64,000 bases of DNA, taken from Anolis carolinensis (lineage: Eukaryota). Position 1 is the first letter of the stretch. Each line of letters begins with the position of its first letter. The notes under the pieces are model-generated. The model was not told the origin of the DNA. It was given only the letters and a program-made list of their open reading frames with translations, and did not search any database. The DNA is taken from positions 17,685,923 through 17,749,922 of the forward strand of contig NC_085844.1 of NCBI RefSeq assembly GCF_035594765.1, in the 5' to 3' direction. The translations under genes were made by a program, and so were the position numbers. Shown piece after piece: positions 23,424 to 35,720 of this stretch.

Positions 23424-23931
23424 NGTAAATGATATATATACAAGATTTTAGCTGAATGATTGCTCCTTGTATTCAGCAATGCCTTTATTATCTTTTGAAG
23501 AAAAGACCAAATAAATTATTTTACCCGAGTATTCCTAAACACATTGATTCTCACTTCAGATTTTTTTACTCCTTTTTAAAGTAGTTTTCCTGGCTCCTTC
23601 ATGGATCTGGAGAAAGATTTAGTTGCCATGCAATCATGTCCAAACACATCGTAATCTTTCTATAAAGCATATCCCTAATTATGATGCACAACCTTGTGAA
23701 AAATGATCCCCCGTGGCATTTTATTCTTACAATTTGCATACTGTTTTTATACCCTGATACTAAATGTGCTTGAATTCCTTCCAATGCCTGGTGAAAGGTG
23801 GAGTATAAAATAAATGAATGACTGAATAAATAACTGCAGTGAAAGTTCCATTAAGTTCCATAAAAATTGCCATTGAATCCGTGTTGGCAGGGTCACAGTC
23901 TTTTTGGTTCAGCAGAGTTATTTCTATACTC

Positions 23932-24519
23932 TGGGTTCATCTATATTGTAGAATTAATGTGGTTTACGATTTCAATGCTATGGCATCATGGGAGCTGTAG
24001 TTTTGTAAGGGCTTTAGCCTTTTCTGCCAAAAGTGTTAGCACCTCACCGAACTATAATTCCCAGGATTTCATAACATTGAACCATGGCAGTTAAAGTGGT
24101 GCCAAACTGCATTAATTCTACCATGTAGATACATTATCTGGGATAAAAATCCTATTCCGTATCTTTGTGTTGGTATTTGGTTCCTGGGGTTTTCTTTTAG
24201 GGTATTACTGTCAAAATTACCTTTTCCCATGAATCACTTTCAGAGAGTCATGAGATATTGTAACCTTTTTTTCTGTTTTCATTTTTTTACACAAACACCA
24301 AAACAAAATGAAAAACACAAACAAAGTTTGCAGCATCTACCCCAATGAATTAGTACAGTTTGACACTACTTTATTAGACATGGCTCAATGCCATGGAATC
24401 ATTGTAATTGTCTGCCAAGGAGTGCTGGTGCCTCACTGAACTATAACTCCTAGAATCCCATAGCATTGAGCCATGGCAGTTGAGCTGGTATCAAACTGTA
24501 TTCATTCTTCAATGTAGAT
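23932..24519. mobile_element. Two old Harbinger-type MITEs (gcatctacactgtagaattaatgcag family)
   Basis: Imperfect palindromic units at ~23932-24135 and ~24332-24519. More copies at ~40455, 46890 and 52695. Confidence 0.7.
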
Positions 24520-26014
24520 CAGGGGTGTCAAACTGATTTTCATTAAGGGCCAAATCAGCTTTATAGTTGCCTTCAAAGAGCAACTGAATCCATAGATGGA
24601 GAATAATTACAATTTTTTTACATAGTGATCTGTGTTCTTTAGTTTTTATCTAATTGGGGTCTCCAGATGTTATTGAATGACACCTCCCATCACTTTTGAT
24701 TATCCACCATGCAGTATAATGGGAATTGCAATCCAATAGCACCCGTGGCTCAGCGGTTGGGTAAAGGTCAAATAATGTTCTAAAGTCAGCCATCATACCC
24801 ATAAGCCTTGTATCTACATTCAAACCCCACGATCCTGACTAAACAAAAGAAACAGCAGCCTTCCAGAGATTACTGTTTCACAACTCCCATCAGCTCTAGT
24901 CGTGATGATGTCTAATGATGAGAAATACAGGAGTTGTAGTCCAGCATCTGGAGGGCCACATAAAATGACATGGTGATCCAAATTCACACCTGTTACCATG
25001 TGATTTTTGGGCTTCTAGAAACTTTAGAAACCTAAAGGATTCCAAAATGTTTACTTATCCCTTTATACCTTCCTCCTTTTCTGTCTTATAAATGCAGCCT
25101 TTTCTCTCTTTTCAATATGCCTTGTATTGGGCTCAAGCTCTTATGTGGCTGGCTTATGTGACTAATTTCTTTTGACAATTCTAATGAGCCTGATGGTTTT
25201 GATATTCGCTATCAAACCAAGTTCTGAAAGCTTTGGATGAATCTGACTAGACCAAATGAGGGGTTAGAAGGTACAGTCAGTCCTCTGTATCCATGGGTTC
25301 TGCATCCATGGATTCAACCAACAATTTGAAAAGTATTTCATAAAACTTTCCAAAAGGAAACCTTGATTTTGCCACATGCTGAGTAGTACATTGTTGTATA
25401 GACATAATTCGTTGTAGCCTTCTGCCACTTCTCAGATGCTCAGCAGTCTCTGGCACTTGTTTGAGTTGTTTGCTTTTTTATAAAAGGGAATGCCATTATG
25501 TTACTGAAAATTAGACCCCCAAATTAGGAATTATGAGAGGTGGCTCCACTGGGTCAAGCAGCATACCTGCTTTGCCGTTTCCATTTTGTCCTGTAAAAAT
25601 CTTTCATGAATTTCCTTGGAATGTTGCCTCACCATGCCTTAGATTTCAGGAAATGATTCCCATATTATCATAATAATAATCTCTTCACAATACACTGGGA
25701 GACTCTGGGAGACACACAATGGGGTTTGCGCAAGAACCCCTGGGTTCTTTTTTCTGTTTAACCTGACCTGATTTGGATTATCTCTGGGTATGCATCTTCT
25801 TCTATGATCCCAAACCAGACACACCCTGGGGACACCTATTGAAATGGCCATCACTTTAAGCACTCTTTTGTTTAACTCAGCTGGCACCCATTGTATTAAC
25901 CTGAGCTGGAATATCAAGACTCATTTCAGCTTATTCTCAACTGCTCCACAGCATTACTTTCTGATCACACCCCTCCCATAGGAGGATCAATAAACAGACA
26001 TAGTCTTCAAAATA

Positions 26015-26337
26015 CAGTAGAGTCTCACTTATCCAACATAAACGGGCCGGCAGAATGTTGGATAGGCGAATATGTTGGATAATAAGGAGGGATTAAGGAA
26101 AAGCCTATTAAACATAAAATTAAGTTATGATTTTACAAATTAAGCACCAAAACATCATGTTATACAACAAATTTAACAGAAAAAGTAGTTCAATACGCAG
26201 TAATGTTATGTTGTAATTACTGTATTTACAAATTTAGCACCAAAATATCACGATATATTGAAAACATTGACTACAAAAATGCGTTGGATAATCCAGAATG
26301 TTGGATAAGCGAGTGTTGGATAAATGAGACTCTACTG
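26015..26337. mobile_element. Tc1/mariner MITE
   Basis: TIR cagtagagtctca and TA TSD. Confidence 0.92.
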
Positions 26338-26437
26338 TAATTCAATGACAGTTTATTAAAGTTTCCCAAACAAAGATGATGTCAGATGAAACTCTGAACC
26401 AATCAGGGAGCGGATCGTAGCCAAACCCTTTCTAAAC

Positions 26438-26572
26438 CAGTGTTTCCCATTCTTTGGTCCTCCAGGTATTTTGGACTTTAGCTCTCACAATTCCTAACAG
26501 CTGGCAAGCTGACTGGCATTTCTGGGAGTTGAATCTGAAAACAACCAGAGGACCAAAGTTTGGGAACCAGTA
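26438..26572. mobile_element. Short palindromic hAT MITE
   Basis: TSD ttctaaac/ttctaaat. Related to 44613-44747. Confidence 0.8.
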
Positions 26573-28234
26573 TTCTAAATCAATCTGGAGCTGGTGTGAT
26601 ATTCGTTAGCAATAAATATGCCTATGTATTCACAGTTGTGGTATGTTAGTTCTTTGGAGTGTTGTTTCTGCTGATATCCTCTCTGGCAATTGAAAATAAA
26701 GCATCTGATTTTGCCTTCAGTTCATCTGTATCTTATCTGGTCCTTTGGAAGCTTGGCACTCTGGGCCCCCAACCTGCAATTTTGGTGGAGCTGAAATCAC
26801 ATAACAATTATACAATGCCATTATATATAATGGGACTTGAGCTTCTATGGGCTTGGATCTCCATGGGGGGTGGGTGGGAGTCTGCAGCCAAACCTCAGTA
26901 GATACTGAAGGCACACTGCATACAGTTTTGGTAACTGGCATGATCTCCTACCATAGTGATAGAAGAAGTCCAGTCTGTGATGTGGATGTTCCCAACAACA
27001 TTTTTGTAACTTGCCAAGCATCCCAATCTCCTCGATCCCCACAACTTCAAAAATTATTTTCAAGGTGATATTTCTTCAGAAACATTCTTGAATGACCTCA
27101 AACCTCCAGGAACCATGATTATTGTTCTTCTTCCACATTCATGATCTTCTGAGTTCCTGGAGAAAAAAGGGCTAGATTTCAATCCAAACTGAAATGAGAA
27201 GTCATATGATATCACTTTTGATTGCTGAAAATGCACATTATGGCCTGCTGGATGTGTGTGGGATGACGATTGACCCCATCCTGGTTCCTTTGCCTGTCCG
27301 CATAACAGATATAAGAGATTCCGGTTTATGGGATGGTGTGGTTGGAGTTGCATTGCTGAAGGATCTTAAAAGGAAAACAAAGATAACTGTTGTACATTGT
27401 GTCTTTTTCCAACATTTTTTCTCCAGTAATCCTACTGCTGATCTTGATGAACTTGTCACAACTACTCCAAAGTGATGTTTTGATGATATAATCAAGGCAA
27501 TTTATAAAGCTAATGCGCAATTAAAATTGCAAATTTATTTCAGGCAGAAAGGTGGGGAGGTGAATCTTTCGTTTTCCAAAACGCAGAGAGGGTAGTGGGG
27601 GAACACAAGAGGAAAAAGTATGTAATTAGCTCCCTAGAAACAGTCTGTTGACGTTGGTCCCAAGAAGCAAAGCACACAGTTCTCAGGTTTCATGCTGATC
27701 CTTTTACCTTCCCCGACTTCAGAAGGCATCCCCGCTGCAAATAAGACCAACCAAATCAGAAACACGTTTGTGTACATTTTAAAAGCTGCTCAAGCTGGGA
27801 GTTCACTAGCTAGGCTCCCAGGGAGAATAGTGCAGGTCTTTTCAGTCATATGGACGGTTTCCGCTTATACCGCTGCTATTGAAAGCTTTCTGTTTTACAG
27901 AAATGTAGCATGTGTTCTTCCAACATATAAACACTCACTGCCAGATGCGGGGCCAATTCACAACTCCCCTCTACACCCCAGGTGCCATCAAAACTCTATA
28001 GCCTGAGCCAGTAACTCATATATATATATTCAAAGGAGAGGGTAAATCTTGGAGAGGCCTCATAGTCAGAAAACATACCACAATAGACTGTTACAACCTA
28101 GTAAGAAGAGAGTAAAGTCAGAATTACAGAGAATTAAAGTCAAGATGCATTTCCATCCTGAGAATTCATCCATTTAATACCAGAAAGTAGAGAGATTTTG
28201 GGATTTGCATTTGCCCCTTTCCCAATTAATTACT

Positions 28235-28566
28235 GCCTCCGGTGGCTCAGTGTGTTAAAGCGCTGAGCTGCTGAACTTGCAGACCGAAAGGTTCCAGGTT
28301 CAAACCCGGGGAGCAGAGTGAGTGCCCGCTGTTAGCTCCAGCTTCTGCCAACCTAGCAGTTCGAAAACATGCAAATGTGAGTAGATCAATAGGTACCGCT
28401 CTGGTGGGAAGGTAACGGCGTTCCATGCAGCCATGCTGGCCACATGACCTTGGAGGTGTCTATGGACAACGACGGCTCTTCGGCTTAGAAATGGAGATGA
28501 GCACCAACCCCCACAGTCAGACATGACTGGACTTAACATCAGGGAAAACCTTTACCTTTACTTTTA
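28235..28566 (+). mobile_element. Sauria SINE
   Basis: Head gcctccggtggctcagtg and (ACCTTT)n tail. Confidence 0.93.
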
Positions 28567-29194
28567 CAGTTTGGTAAACTGATTTAGTGGGGTGGGGAAT
28601 TCTTGGTTCTTCAGAGGCAGATACATATTTACATCTCGCCATTGTTGTCTAAAGCCAACGGGAATGGAACAATACCTGGAAGGAAAACCCACCTTCAACC
28701 TTGTAAATGATGCTTTCTATGTGACTTAGGACTTTATCACACAAAGCTGCTATTTCACTACAGTTGTGTTATCATTGGTAGCAGATACATACTGCTTTGT
28801 CATCTTCAACATTGCACCTCTCTTCAGTTGAGCAATTGCACAAATTCATAGTCCCACAATCATACTTCTGCTGCACACCTTTGTAACCCCACCTTCCTGC
28901 ATTGCTGCTCTTCCTTAATTTTTTATTAATATTTTTATTTTTACTGCAATAGAGCAATTCCAGTTTTTAAAAACAAAAAGGGAAACTTAACTATAAAGCA
29001 TAAAATAAAAGGAAAATGAGCAGCTTGTAAATAGCAAGGGGAATGAGGAAGAGAATCCTGGGTTCCTGCCATCACTTTATTGCCTGCATGTTGACAAAGA
29101 AGTGGAAAGGATCTATCTCATCAAAGCAGAGGACAAGAATGTTGCAGGATTGGGAGCTGTGGATGGGTTTTACCATCTATAACTCACTGTGTTT

Positions 29195-29681
29195 TATTAT
29201 GGATTGATGATGATAAATGGAAGCTCTTCCTTTCCCCCCGCGATCCAGAGTCACCTGAAGAACAATAAAGTGCCACTCAGGTTTGTAGAACAAAAATACA
29301 GGAACTTTACTGATTTCAAGAGATCAAAAAAACAGTAGTATTTACAATGGTCCCTCTGATCACTTACAGAAGTCCACAGTCATAAACAATCCTTTTTCAG
29401 TCCACAAATCTGTTTCGGAGAAGAATAAAGTCCTGGTTCTTCTCCCTCTTTTCTCATCAGCAAACAGGCCTCAAAATAGCAAGACCTCTCTGAGTACACA
29501 GCTTTCTTTACCAGCAGTACTCAGTCAGCACTGAAAAACTTGTCCAAACTGGTTCTGCAGCAGCAGAACAGAAACAGTATCAAAATCAATCCCCAAGCCT
29601 TTTGCAGGCTTAGCCAATTGGCTTCATGTACTTCATTTTCCAGTTAACACACACAGCACAGTGCTTTTGCAAACCATGACA
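29195..29681 (-). mobile_element. Probable solo LTR (487 bp)
   Basis: Ends tattatgg...ccatgaca (one terminal TG mutated), 5-bp TSD TGTTT, AGTAAA polyA-like signal on the minus strand. Confidence 0.55.
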
Positions 29682-29953
29682 TGTTTTACCCATCAATAGC
29701 TAGGGATGGGAGAATCACAGGGAGGAGATAGACCAACAGTGGAATGCACACCGCTGCAATTCTGGTTTGCCCGCCTCATGCAATAAAGCCCTTACATCAA
29801 TGGATTTATGGCTTATTCTCTGTTATCCAGAAAGTCCAACCATGGAACCCTGTTGACCTCCAGTTTCTGGTGAACTGCAGCTTCCCTCTGCCCTAATCCG
29901 CATAACCAATGGTGAAAAATGTTCAGCATCTGGAGGCCTCCACTTTGCTCACC

Positions 29954-30210
29954 TGGAGTTCCCTATGACAGAATGGATCAAACTTTTGTGCCGGCAGGAC
30001 TGCTGTCTGAAAGGTTGGTGGTTCAAATCTGGGGAGCAGGGTGAGCTCCCATCTGTCAGCTTCAGCTTCTTATGCAGAGACATGAGAGAAGCCTCCCACA
30101 GGATGGTAAAACATTGACACGTCCCCTGGGCAACGTCCTTGCAGGCAGCCAATTCTCTCACACCAGAAGCAATGTGCGATTTCTCAAGTCACTCCAGACA
30201 TTAAAAAAAA
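29954..30210 (+). mobile_element. tRNA-derived SINE with A-tail (probably Vingi-type 3' end)
   Basis: Same family as 36528-36822 and 42908-43198. Ends ttctcaagtcactccagaca-An. Confidence 0.8.
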
Positions 30211-30899
30211 CCTGTATGGTAGAACTTTGTGCCATAATTTGCTCCATCTGCTTATGTTGCACAGCACAATTTCTTGGATTATACTATTCAGCAATCTTAA
30301 GGCATGCTCGTAATAGTCCACTACTCACTCCATCCCTTTTAGATTGAGAGCAATGGGTCTATCCTTTATCACTGGTAACCTGTTTCATCGCTGTCTATTT
30401 TCCTGGATACAGAATTTCAATTTCCTGCAAAGCAGAACAACAGCAGGTGCAAAACCAGGCTTCTTCACACACTTCCATATGGACATCTGGCAGGCAAGTA
30501 AGAGACCAAAGGTTTAATAACTATTCACTGCTGCTATGTGGTGTAGCTAGTTGTAATGTTTGATCGTTGCAACATGGGCTGTTCTTTCATAGGCAACAGG
30601 CACCGAGCCCATGCCAACTTTCCCTGACTGATGAAGGCTTTTTAGCAGTAACTGAGTTCTTACCATCTGTACTCTAAATGCTGTGAGCTCATTTGTTGTC
30701 TACACTTGGCAAACTATGGGAGGTGAAAGATATTCCAAACACTGTCAATTTTCTTGTGTATATGTGTATGACCGCATCAAACGCCAAGCTTGGAAAGCTT
30801 AACTTTTCCAAGTGTTTGCAGATTTCTTGTTGCATTTGATTTCTGTTTGATACAGAATGAGAGGACAAAATCAGAGGCAGGACTGGAAACCAAATGAAC

Positions 30900-31520
30900 A
30901 AATGCCTATATTATGCTATAATAAAGCTATTGTCCTGCCAACTCTATTGTATGGCTGCGAAACATGGACCATCTACAAACGCCACTCTCGATTTCTGGAA
31001 AGATTTGATCAGCGTTGCCTTTGAAAATCCTGTAAATCTCATCAGAAGGCAGGTGGACAAATGTCAATGTTCTGGCGCAATGATTCTCCATCACTAACTT
31101 TTCTGGACTGGCCATGTTGTCTGAATGTCTGATCACTATCTCCCAAAGCAGTTACTTTACTCTCAATACAAGAATGGAAAATGGAATGTTGATGAAAAAC
31201 AAAAGACAGGCTTAAAGTTGACCTAAAAATGTTGTATAAACACCAAGACCTGGCAAGCCCTGGCACTCAAGCATTGTAACTGGAAGTCAATTGTTACCAA
31301 CAGTGTTATGGATTTTGAAGAGGCGTGAATACAGGGCAAAAGAAAGAAACCTGCCAAAAGGAAGGTGTGCCAAGTAAACCCTTTTTGTGACCACCCTCCA
31401 ACTGGAAATCTATGTTTTCAATGTGAAAGACTATGTGGATCCAGAACAAACCTTCACAGTCATTTACAGACCTATTGCCAAGAATCTACTTTTAGAAGAC
31501 AATCATACTTGGCCACGAGT
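30900..31520 (+). mobile_element. Heavily decayed RTE LINE 3' part
   Basis: Colinear with RTE copy 57852-58520 (YKAIV.PTLLYGCETW...). Confidence 0.8.
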
Positions 31521-31674
31521 GATTACCTATGATATCACGCTATAGCTCAACACTGCCCCCTAAAATGTTTTGGAAGTTGACATAATGACATTAAACTTGA
31601 ATAGGCCTGATCTCCTCTTTTGTGCCTCAGTATGTTTCCAAATTTAAGAACTTTTGTCAGATGAAACTGACTAA

Positions 31675-31998
31675 GGTAAATGTAAAGGTTTCCCCTGACG
31701 TTAAGTCCAGTCATGTCTGACTCTGGGGGTTGGTGCTCATCTCAATTTCTAAGCTGAAGAGCCGGCGTTGTCCGTAGACACCTCCAAGGTCATGTGGTCA
31801 GTGTGACTGCATGGAGCACCGTTACCTTCCCACCAGAGCGGTACCTATTGATCTACTCACATTTGCATGTTTTCAAACTGCTAGGTTGGCAGAAGCTGGA
31901 GCTAACAGTGGGCACTCACTCCGCTCCCGGGATTTGAACCTGGGATCTTTTGGTCTGCAAGTTCAGCAGCTCAGTGCTTTAACACACTTCGCCACCGG
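31675..31998 (-). mobile_element. Sauria SINE
   Basis: Matches the other copies. Confidence 0.92.
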
Positions 31999-32199
31999 TT
32001 TGACTAGCTCTCCTCTTATTCAATGTATAACCATAAATGTGATGGAAATCTCTTCCAGTTTACCTCTTTGTTACTAAACCAATGCCACCCATCTTACTAT
32101 ATCTTACTTGTGGTTCACTATAGGGACTGTTTGCTGGTTCCAGTCAACAATATTCCTCTTCCTTGAACTGTCCCAGAGAAACACTAAGACTGCTCTAGG

Positions 32200-32357
32200 C
32201 AGATTCATCCTCTACAGGTGGATTGATTGAATTAAGGAAACCTTAGACCTGAGTCTGCAAGACCTGATCATGGCAGCTGATGACTGGCGATCCTGTAGGT
32301 CTCTTATTCATTGGGTCATCACAAGTTGAAGACAACTTAATGGCAAATAACAACAAG
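32200..32357 (+). mobile_element. BovB 3' fragment
   Basis: ggattgattgaattaaggaa...gtctcttattcattgggtcatcacaagt...aacaacaa. Confidence 0.65.
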
Positions 32358-32594
32358 AATTTTCTTTTACTAGACATTGCTGTGGAAATCCACAGAGGAG
32401 ACATGCTGTCCTCTGTGACACATAGTTACTAGGCCTTAAAAGTGGATTCATGGACTTCTAAGAAGTTGCTGATCTTGGGAACAGGGGGCTCACTGTTCTC
32501 AACTCCCACCAATTTCCTGACGCTCGTTAAGAGGTTGTCTTAAGGGCAGTAAAATGGGAAAAATGGAAATTAAAAAGCCAAATTCATATTGAGC

Positions 32595-32717
32595 TGGCTT
32601 TATAAATCTGGTCTCCGCTTCCTGCTGTCCCAGAATACCCCTATAAATAGAGTCCACTTGCTACATGTGTCTCTTGTTGCAGAGATTGGGATGAAGGGGG
32701 GACGAGGGAAGGTGAGT
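32595..32717 (+). promoter_or_regulatory. Candidate TATA promoter (TATAAATA overlapping MEF2 site CTATAAATAG) with short first exon and donor AAG|gtgagt
   Basis: ctataaatag at 32641-32650, ETS-like ccgcttcc upstream, consensus donor at 32712. Confidence 0.4.
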
Positions 32718-34963
32718 GAAAGGGGGGCAGTTTTACAGTAAGGGGGTCTTCGGAGCCCTTGATGTAAATCAAGACCCCTGAGGTCAAAAGGCAGCTCAGG
32801 AAATCCACGGTTGCTAAAAGTTGTTCTTCAATGCTTCATTGTTGCTGTTTGAAGTGTGATTGCCCATGTGTGTGTATGTGTGTTTTAAAAAAGATGAATC
32901 CTCCCAATAACTATGAGGATCAGAAAACAAGAAAGAAGCATTTGTAAGTTTCCAAAGTTTCCTTGTGTATGGAAATGCTCCCTTCCAAAAACCGAAACAG
33001 CTAATCTTTATATAGAGAGATATTTTTAAAAGCCGGAGTAGCAATAGACCCAACCGTAGCCTCAAGGCAGTACCTGGGGGATGTGATGACTAACAGATTG
33101 TACGGTGCACCCCTCCCTGCCTCCCATTCAGAAGGGATACTTAAAAGTTTTCAATTTGGTACCAGCTGCTCCTTTGAACAATGCCACATTTATGATTCAG
33201 ATCGTGGAAGTAGCATTAGGGGCGAGCAAACCCGACTGATTATTTCCCTCCGTCCTCTTACTTGAAGGAAACATGAGGTGGGCTTGAAAGATAGGAAAGC
33301 CTCAAAAGTACTTGTGAATCAGTTTCCTGGGCTAAACTGCAGCCACATCTGACTTTTTATTGAAAACACATGCGACTTTGATAAAAAAGATTGCATTTTA
33401 AAAAAGGAAGGGGGCAGGAGCAGGGCTCCTCAGACAACAGGGGTACTGTTTTTCATCAAACATCGAGCTACACAGCTGCGTATGGTTCACGTTAATGGGC
33501 CTGGGACGGTTTTGAAACAATCCTTCTCTCAGTGGCATTGACTGGTTTAACCTATGGCAAAGCTTGGGGAGGTTATCTTTGGGACTACACCACCCAGCAT
33601 TCTGGGAGCAATTGTGCCAAAGGTAACTTTCCCAAACTCTGACCTAAGCATGATTCAAACATTATAGCTTTGTGGTTGCATATAGGAAGGTGACAGAAAT
33701 TCAGCTGTGGATTCCCAACAGTGAATTGTGTCCACTTTAATGGTAGCTAATGGCATTCGTGGCCGAAGGGTGGTGAATCTGCTTTGGATTTCACTCAGAA
33801 CATCAAAGGTGTTATCCAAGGTGCTGAAAGTATTTTGGGATTACGATTCAGACTAAATGACAAATTAAATCTACTATCGCATTCACAAGGGAGGGAGTAA
33901 CATATATTTCTACTAAAATGGGTGAACAGCCTTTAAATTAATCCCAATTTGAGTAGGCTCATTCCATACATTGTTGAGAGCTGATTCAACACATGGACAA
34001 ATTGATTTAAAAGATCTTCTCTAGTCACAACTTACAACAAGATTTAGGCTACTTTTTTGTTCCAAGTACAGCAGTTGTTACTTATGGGAATTATAGGATT
34101 CCAATCTCTGTAATGAGCCCAAAAAGTAAGTTGCAGTGGTGTTTATATTGCTGAGTTTTCAATATAAATGTTCTACTCATGATCTGCTGGACAGCAATAT
34201 AGGATTTGGGTTCATTTTAAAATATTTTTGTTAACATCACATACCAAATCCTAAAGAAGAAGAGGCACTAAAATATCTGAAGTTTGCTTAGTTAACAAGT
34301 TTGCCAGAAACAGTTGAGTTTATTGTTCATCAGCTGTTTGATGGGCTTCCACTGAACATTGCTTTGATGCTGGAGCTGTAGTTGAAATCAATCTTCTTAT
34401 CATTCATCGCTCTTATAACTGACCCATATGATCACATATAACCTCTGCTTTGTCATGGGCAGGCAGTGTGGCTGCTTTTAAATATATTAAAGAAAGAGTT
34501 CCCACCTCCCAGCATGCTAAATATCTCAGATCTAAGGTCTTGCAAGATTTGCTTTCAAGTCCTTTGGATCAGAACTGTTTGTCCAGTACCTCACATTTTC
34601 TTGTTATCTGTAATCAGTAAAATAAGCTACACAAGGAATTGAAGTGTTGCCAACTATGGGTTCCTCCAGACTAGCCAAAAGCCTCAGGATTTGTTGTAGT
34701 TATTATGGTTGTTTCTTCTGTTATTCATACAATGTTCTTCCTGTCTTGGTATTTTTCTTGCAATTTTCTGGTATTAGAAGTGAAATTTTAAATTTGTTGC
34801 AGGATGTAAGGTTTATTCTTGCTGTTTCCAGTGCTGTATGGGCTAAATGCCATGTGTTTTTATGCTTTGTCCTGGGTCTTCCTTCTATTCTTTTGGGAAT
34901 CGTAATGATGGCACTTTGAATAGAGATGTGTGAGCTTTGCTACAGAGGTTTCTCTGAGGCTTC

Positions 34964-34966
<3 letters not shown>

Positions 34967-35031
<65 letters not shown>
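34967..35031. repeat. (AAT)n microsatellite
   Basis: Direct reading. Confidence 0.95.
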
Positions 35032-35033
<2 letters not shown>

Positions 35034-35585
35034 CTGTATTTGTATTCCACCCTATCTCCTCGAGGACACCCATTCATTACATTTATTCATTAATTACATT
35101 TCTAGTTACCAGACTGAACAACAACAACAACAACAACAACTCTTTCTACTGGGCTTGAAGGGGAAGTAGGTCTTTGTAAGTGGGACTTATACATATAGGA
35201 ACTTGAACTGAGTAGCTTTATAATATGTATTTTCACCTAGGGGTTATCATGATGTCACTATATATGGGTGCCCATTACACTTTAGAAGCCAAAGAAGTAA
35301 GTGAAGCACAATGACCAAAAGACACCAATGCCTATTGGGAATGCTCTCTCATACACATGGTTAAGAATTGCTGGAGCCAAACTGGGGTGCCTGCTCCCCA
35401 ATTCATTGGAAGTGTCCTCTTGGGCATCAGAGCACTCTTGCCCAGATGTGGATCTTCACAATTCAATAACAGAGTTTCAGCACATTTTTGCAATACAGCT
35501 ATATATTCATAAAGTTATAAAACATAGGTTATAACATTGGACCTTGGCCTTAATTTCTAGAACTGTGGTGCTATAGTGGCATATG

Positions 35586-35720
35586 AGAGCCAGCATGGTG
35601 TAGTAGTTTGAGTGTTGGACTATGACTCTGGACCAGGGTTCAGTTCCCCGCTTAGCCATGGAAACCCACCAAGTGAACTTGGATGGCACACACTCTCAGC
35701 TCCAGAAAGGTTCTCCTTAA
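35586..35720 (+). mobile_element. Old tRNA-derived SINE (agccagcatggtgtagt family)
   Basis: A/B-box-like head. Relatives at ~39065-39235 (+), 51040-51450 (-) and 56755-56930 (-). Confidence 0.65.

Larger units (their letters stand above)
25499..26806 (+). mobile_element. Old solo LTR (~845 bp net) with two MITE insertions
   Basis: TGTTA...TAACA termini, 4-bp TSD ATTA, AATAAA near the 3' end. Colinear homolog at 60408-61226. Confidence 0.75.
25274..26918. mobile_element. Tigger-like MITE hosting a solo LTR that itself hosts two MITEs
   Basis: TA|cagtcagtcctctgtatcc ... gatactgaaggcacactg|CA ends. Related to 49830-50092. Confidence 0.75.
25047..27595 (+). pseudogene. Putative decayed intronless ORF of unknown origin, split by the 25274-26918 insertion
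   Basis: Frame is continuous across the reconstructed empty TA site (gaa ggt ata cag ttt tgg). About 300 codons with ~8 stops and 2 frameshifts; protein-like composition; no homolog recognised. Confidence 0.4.

Noticed and set aside
23020-23479. ORFs spanning the N run
   Set aside because: Artefact of the assembly gap.
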